The notes under the pieces were generated by a model. The model was not told where the DNA came from, did no database searches, and saw nothing but the letters and a program-made list of their open reading frames with translations. Below are positions 59,132 through 64,000 of a stretch of DNA of 64,000 nt, in pieces (the stretch's first letter is position 1; each line of letters begins with the position of its first letter). The position numbers were made by a program, and so were the translations under genes. Source of the DNA: Deltaproteobacteria bacterium (GTDB lineage: Bacteria > Myxococcota_A > Polyangia > Fen-1088); assembly GCA_033763315.1 (NCBI GenBank), contig JANRKS010000028.1, positions 128,001-192,000 of the forward strand, in the 5' to 3' direction.

Positions 59132-61000
59132 ATGATGGAGTTTCACGTGGCGAACGAACCGTCTCTCAACGGCACTGAGGTTGGTGGATACCGCCTGGTC
59201 ACTGAACTGGGCAGTGGCGGCATGGGCACCGTCTATTTTGGTGAGCACCTGCTCATCGGCAGGCGTGCCGCCATCAAAATTTTGCATCCCGAGTTCGCGC
59301 AGGACAGCGACTTGGTGGAGCGCTTCTTGACTGAAGCCCGCGCCGTCAACGACATCCGCCACCCCAACGTTGTGGAGATCACCGACGTAGGACGCTTTCA
59401 AGATCGCCCATACATCGTGATGGAGTTGTTGGAGGGCGAGACGCTTGGTGAACGTTTAGAGCGTGAAGGCCCTTTAGAAGACGCGCCGGTGGTGCGCATC
59501 ACACGGCAAATGGCTTCTGCGCTGGGCACCGCACACGAACGCGGGATCATTCACCGCGATCTCAAACCCGAGAATATCTTCCTCACGAATCACCCTGATT
59601 TTCCCGATCATTTGAAGCTGCTTGATTTTGGCATCGCCAAACTGATCGGCCCCGCGCGCATTGGCAAGAAGACGCGTGCAGGCGTATTGCTGGGAACGCC
59701 AGCCTATATGTCACCTGAGCAGTGCAAAGGCGAAGAGGACATCGGCCCAGCCAGCGACATCTATTCGCTTGGCGTCGTGCTTTACGAGATGGTTGTGGGG
59801 CGGCCGCCGTTCATGGCAGACAATCTGAACCGCATCATCATCGCGCACGCGACGGAAGCGCCAGTGCCAGCCATTGAACGCAACGCAGACGTGCCACCGT
59901 GGCTCAACGAACTTATCATGCAGATGTTGGCGAAGGAGCCCGCGCAGCGGCCGGCCAATATGCGTGAAGTGCGAGAAATGCTTGAGCCGGCGCGGCCGCG
60001 CAAACCGACCAAAACCAGCGAGCCCAAGCCGCCCCTTTCGGTGGAAGAGATCGAGCGGCGTGAAGAGGTGGAGGCCCACGTTGTTGTCGACAAGCTGATT
60101 CAGCTGTTGATGAAGCGGCTCGAAGCCGACCGGCTCACCTTGCCCACGATGCCCGGCATCGCCGCCGAATGTTTGCAAGTGCTGCGGGATCCCGTGCAAA
60201 CGTTCGCCAGCGTTGCCGATGTGGTGTCACGCGATCCGCATTTGGCTTCGCGCGTGCTGAAACTCGCGAACAGCGCGGCGTTTCAGCGCCGCACACCGGC
60301 AGCCACGATCGAACAAGCCGTGAGCCGCATTGGCACTGAAGGACTGACGGCGGCCTTGGTTGAATTTTCGCTGCATGAAGTGTTCGTGTCGCGCAACAAC
60401 CAGATTCGCTCGGCGTTCAGAGGCATGTGGGAACACTCGTTGGCGGTGGCCTTGCTTTCGAAAGACATCGCCGCGGCTTACGGGCGCGGTGAGATCGACC
60501 CCAACACGGCCTACCTTGGGGGGCTGTTGCATGACGTGGGCAAACCCGTGGTTGCCTCGTTTTTGCTTGAAGCCGAAAAGATGATGGATCCCGACACGGC
60601 CAAGAGTGAATGGCTCACCGAATCGGTTTGGAAAAAAGTGATCGATCACGCGCATCGTTCTGTGGGGCAAGCGCTGGCTAGACGTTGGGAGCTGGCCGAA
60701 GAGGTGTCGCAAGTCATTGCCTCGGTCGATAAGTACACGACGGAAAAACCGCGCAGCACGATCAATGTGGTGCGACTCGCAAACGCGCTTGCAAAACGCG
60801 AGGGTCTTTACGTCGGCAAACCCAAAGAATCCGAAATCCACGATGCGATTGGGGCAGGACGAACACTGCTTGGCTTGACCGACCAAGATCTGGTGCGTGT
60901 GTGCAACAACCTTTACGGACGCGTGGGCACGCTGGTCGACGGAAATGAGAAGCGCAAGCCGGGCGAGGCCAAGGCGGGCCAGGAAAAGAAGCGTGCTTAG
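59132..61000 (+). CDS. Ser/Thr protein kinase fused to an HDOD domain
   Basis: GSGGMG, AIK, HRDLKPEN, DFG, GTPAYMSPE; then LPTMP, DP.LA.RVLKLANS, WEHS..VA, GLLHDVGK. Confidence 0.92.
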   Translation: MMEFHVANEPSLNGTEVGGYRLVTELGSGGMGTVYFGEHLLIGRRAAIKILHPEFAQDSDLVERFLTEARAVNDIRHPNVVEITDVGRFQDRPYIVMELLEGETLGERLEREGPLEDAPVVRITRQMASALGTAHERGIIHRDLKPENIFLTNHPDFPDHLKLLDFGIAKLIGPARIGKKTRAGVLLGTPAYMSPEQCKGEEDIGPASDIYSLGVVLYEMVVGRPPFMADNLNRIIIAHATEAPVPAIERNADVPPWLNELIMQMLAKEPAQRPANMREVREMLEPARPRKPTKTSEPKPPLSVEEIERREEVEAHVVVDKLIQLLMKRLEADRLTLPTMPGIAAECLQVLRDPVQTFASVADVVSRDPHLASRVLKLANSAAFQRRTPAATIEQAVSRIGTEGLTAALVEFSLHEVFVSRNNQIRSAFRGMWEHSLAVALLSKDIAAAYGRGEIDPNTAYLGGLLHDVGKPVVASFLLEAEKMMDPDTAKSEWLTESVWKKVIDHAHRSVGQALARRWELAEEVSQVIASVDKYTTEKPRSTINVVRLANALAKREGLYVGKPKESEIHDAIGAGRTLLGLTDQDLVRVCNNLYGRVGTLVDGNEKRKPGEAKAGQEKKRA

Positions 61001-61097
61001 CGCGATGCCCTAGAGACCGCGGGGGCCCGCGCACCACCCACAGTGGCGGCTTGCGCGCATATGTTCAGTTGCCTGCGGTCGTGTAAGCCAATATGCT

Positions 61098-61853
61098 TTG
61101 ATTGTTTTGCTATCGGCACGCTGTTCACGCCGACGCTTCCGCAGGACGTCCCTGCGCGCAGGCTGGCTCCCCACCTTAGGTTTGGTGCTTTTGGGCACCT
61201 CGGCCTGTGGCGAAGCCTTGCTGCCTGCGACTTACGAAGGCCCGGCGGCGGCCGAGGTCAGCGGGGCTGTGGTGAGGAGCACCAACGCGGCGGTGACAGA
61301 AGCGGGCGCGCCGCGTTTCTCGCTGGAATGGCTCAACGCCGCACCGCGGGCCGATGAGTTTCCCCTTCACGGCCAAACGGTCGGATTCGCGAGGTCCGCA
61401 CAGCTTCAGAAGGATTGGGATCTTGAGTTCGCCGTGCCTCGGCAGGCCGCGAAAATGACGCTGAACTTCGGCTCTGGCACCGCCACCGTGGCGATCGGCA
61501 AACTTGTGTACTTTGACGACAAGAACGGCGACGGCCGCCTCAATTGGCAGTGCGCGCGCCACGACTGCGATCAAGTCAAAGCTCTGGGCGAAGAGTTCGT
61601 GGTGTTTATGGATCAGCCGCTGACGTGCACCACGACCACGGCAGAAGGCGTGGAGAAACGCACGCGGCTATCCGCCGGCTTTCACTACTTTCAGTGGGTG
61701 GGCTCTAGCGTCAAGGAGGTGAACCGCGACGCGGACCTGCGCTTCGAGCTTGCCGACACGCCCGCCTCCTGGGTTGACCCCACCAGCAACCTGCAACGTT
61801 TCATGCAGCAGTTGCAGCGCAGCTACGGGGCAAACGCCCTGGGCGGCTGCTGA
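61098..61853 (+). CDS. Hypothetical lipoprotein with DxNxDG Ca-binding-like motif
   Basis: Lipobox TSAC; DDKNGDGRL; start codon uncertain. Confidence 0.7.
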   Translation: MIVLLSARCSRRRFRRTSLRAGWLPTLGLVLLGTSACGEALLPATYEGPAAAEVSGAVVRSTNAAVTEAGAPRFSLEWLNAAPRADEFPLHGQTVGFARSAQLQKDWDLEFAVPRQAAKMTLNFGSGTATVAIGKLVYFDDKNGDGRLNWQCARHDCDQVKALGEEFVVFMDQPLTCTTTTAEGVEKRTRLSAGFHYFQWVGSSVKEVNRDADLRFELADTPASWVDPTSNLQRFMQQLQRSYGANALGGC

Positions 61854-61967
61854 TCAAAGATTTATCCAGGTAATATTAGATACAATTTATTGCCTGGACA
61901 ATGTAGTCCCCGTCGTTACACTTGACGCATCTTTGGTTCTCGAAGCTCAGGCGACAGGGAAGAGTTC

Positions 61968-63527
61968 ATGCGCAAAGAGAAGCTTTTGGCGGCGGCAGGT
62001 AAGTACCAACAGCGAGGGCAGTGGCCCAAATGCCGCACCATGCTGGAGCAAGCCGCTGGAGTTGATCCACAAGACAGCCGCATCTGGCTGGCGCTGGCCG
62101 AGGTCAATTGCCGGCTGCAGGCCGTACCCGCCGCCATCGAAGCCTATGGACGCGCGGCCGAGCTGTTTCGCAAGAACGGCTTCGTGCGCCGGGCGATCGC
62201 TGTCTACAAGAACGTTTTATCGCTGGCGCCCGAACGTTTGCAAACCCGCCTGGATCTAGCCGCCGCGGCCACGGACTTGGGGCTGCTCTCGGACGCCGCA
62301 CAACAGTACGATTCCATTTCGTCGATGTTGCTTCAGGCAGGACGTGCCCCCGAGGCGGTGCCCGTGTTGGAGCGCTGGTGGTCGCTGGACCACAGCAATC
62401 TCAACGTGCTGTTGCGCCTCGGCGAGGCGTGTTTAGAAGCGGGTCACGAGGTGGCTGGGCAACACCATCTGTCCGAGGCTGCACAACGGTTAAAGCGTGA
62501 AGGTCACCTGAGCGAATACGTGCGCGTGGCCGAGCGCCTGCTTGCGCGCGACGCGCAGAGCGTTTCGCTACGAAAGTCTTTGGCCCGTGCCTACTTGGAC
62601 ATCGGCCAAGCCGACCACGCGTTGGCCCGGCTGGCCCCGTGTTGTCATGCGGACACACAAGATGGCGAACTGCTAACGCTGTTGGCCCAGGCGTTTGAGA
62701 GCCGCGGACAAATAGACAAAGCCGTGACCGTGCTGCGTGCGTTGGGTGAGGTGCTGCACGATCAAGGTGCGCTTGCCCAAAGCCTGCAGGCTTATCGCAA
62801 GATCCTCCTCTTGAAACCCGAAGACGCTTCCGCCCAAGCCCGGGTCAACGCGCTGGGCATGGGCTTCTTACCGGAAGACTGGCGCACGCCCACGCGTGAC
62901 TTGGTTTCAGGGTTGCCCGTGGTGTTTCCGCCGTTGGCCGAGCAGCCACCCACAGCCACGCCGGCCACACAGGATGAATCGAACACCGAGCCCCTGTTTC
63001 TTGCGTTCGGCTTGCCCGGCGCCACACCGGCCGGTAAGACCCAAGCGCGCGTTGTGGCGCCCGCCCCTCCTCGCCACGCGCAAATGGTGCATCCGCCCTT
63101 TGGCGCCCGTGAGCGCCCACGCAGCGTTCTCAACGACGATCCCACGGCCTTGATCCGGCAAGAAGTCTTGGACGCCCAACTGCAACGATGTGATCGGGGA
63201 ACGCCCGCCGCCGGCGCCGTGTCGCCCCTCCCAGCCAGTGCTTCGCGACCAGCCGACCTCGCCACGTCCGCGCTCGAAACGGTGGACGAACTCTTGAACG
63301 AATGCACTGGTCTTATGGAAGACATGGCAGCGAAATTGAGCCGTGTTTTGCAGTTGGCGCCTTCGCACGTGGGGGCGCGCGAGCGGCTGGCCTATGTGTT
63401 GTTGCAGCTCGGCCGAGCCTCCGAGGCGGTTGAACACCTGACCTGGTTGTCCGAACGAGGTCGCGTGGCCGAGCCGTCGTGGTCGCCCCGCCGCACTGAA
63501 CCATCTGCAGTCACGCCGCTTCGCTAG
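61968..63527 (+). CDS. Tetratricopeptide repeat protein (N-terminus resembles myxobacterial SgmX-type TPR proteins)
   Basis: Consecutive TPR-like helices, GF..RAIAVYK..L motif, Pro-rich linker, C-terminal TPR. Confidence 0.8.
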   Translation: MRKEKLLAAAGKYQQRGQWPKCRTMLEQAAGVDPQDSRIWLALAEVNCRLQAVPAAIEAYGRAAELFRKNGFVRRAIAVYKNVLSLAPERLQTRLDLAAAATDLGLLSDAAQQYDSISSMLLQAGRAPEAVPVLERWWSLDHSNLNVLLRLGEACLEAGHEVAGQHHLSEAAQRLKREGHLSEYVRVAERLLARDAQSVSLRKSLARAYLDIGQADHALARLAPCCHADTQDGELLTLLAQAFESRGQIDKAVTVLRALGEVLHDQGALAQSLQAYRKILLLKPEDASAQARVNALGMGFLPEDWRTPTRDLVSGLPVVFPPLAEQPPTATPATQDESNTEPLFLAFGLPGATPAGKTQARVVAPAPPRHAQMVHPPFGARERPRSVLNDDPTALIRQEVLDAQLQRCDRGTPAAGAVSPLPASASRPADLATSALETVDELLNECTGLMEDMAAKLSRVLQLAPSHVGARERLAYVLLQLGRASEAVEHLTWLSERGRVAEPSWSPRRTEPSAVTPLR

Positions 63528-63613
63528 AGCGGAAAAACGGCCGCGCCAGGCGCTGAGGCGCACACAAATCGTGCCGCCCTCACGCGGGCCGTGTATGGTT
63601 CGCCTCCGTTTTC

Positions 63614-64000
63614 ATGCTCAACGCTAAGCAAGTCCTCGTCACTATCGGAACCCCTTGTTCTATGTCTGCTGTGGGCAGCACGGAGACCCACCGCGCCCTG
63701 GTAAACCGCGATCCGCGCGCCATCGGATTCGCAGCCGCAGACGCCGGGTTGGCTTTCACTGATCCGCATAGCCCGGCCGCGTCGCCGCGCTTCCTAGATG
63801 CCGATGGACAACCGCTGGCGGTGGCCGACATCGAGGCGCGCTGGGGCGCGGGCTTGCGCGCCAACATGGGCATTCGTCAGATCGGCCGCGAGCGCATGGC
63901 GGACCACGTTCAAACCGACATCGCCGCGCCTTTGCCGCACGATTTAGAAGCCGCGCAATTACGCAAACTGGCGGGCATTCGTTTCGAGGACATCCGCGGC
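63614..64000 (+). CDS. Beta-ketoacyl synthase, FabY-like N-terminus (partial, runs off window; absent from the ORF track)
   Basis: Manual translation MLNAKQVLVTIG...RFLDADGQPLAVADIEARWGAGLRANMGIRQI resembles the N-terminal insert of Pseudomonas FabY-type KAS as I recall it; catalytic residues are outside the window. Confidence 0.5.
   Translation, partial: MLNAKQVLVTIGTPCSMSAVGSTETHRALVNRDPRAIGFAAADAGLAFTDPHSPAASPRFLDADGQPLAVADIEARWGAGLRANMGIRQIGRERMADHVQTDIAAPLPHDLEAAQLRKLAGIRFEDIRG

Noticed and set aside
61855-61960. AT-rich patch as a mobile-element end or ncRNA
   Set aside because: Short, no terminal repeats or transposase, no convincing structure; most simply a promoter region of the TPR gene

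Overview
GC-rich (roughly 60-65% by eye), densely coded bacterial chromosomal window with about 54 protein-coding genes. I found no rRNA, tRNA, CRISPR array, transposase or integrase. Gene content points to a Myxococcota (probably Polyangia-like) genome, by inference: Gly/Ala-linker lipoproteins, AgmX/PglI C-terminal proteins, a DUF1592/DUF1552 pair, an SgmX-like TPR protein and Cys-rich surface proteins. Recognisable genes: pstS (with a clear Pho box), yebC, an ABC-2 pair, surE, xth, argD-argF, and alpha-2-macroglobulin-pbpC followed by an L,D-transpeptidase. The best candidate for an undescribed system is a three-gene cassette at 43.0-46.1 kb: ECF sigma, a zinc anti-sigma with a periplasmic DUF4384-like domain, and an exported caspase-like (C14) protease ending in a predicted outer-membrane beta-barrel. 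An identical R-[IV]-K-G-G motif sits just after the anti-sigma TM helix and just after the protease catalytic Cys, suggesting a caspase-driven trans-envelope signalling cascade. Other notable items: a VOC-VOC-DUF1080 fusion in a keto-glycoside-type sugar cluster; a KaiC-like ATPase/hybrid kinase pair next to back-to-back sigma54 promoters; DprE1 with two DprE2-like SDRs; a Ser/Thr kinase-HDOD fusion; two Cys-repeat lipoproteins; and many apparently leaderless genes. All family assignments come from motif recognition by eye, not database searches.
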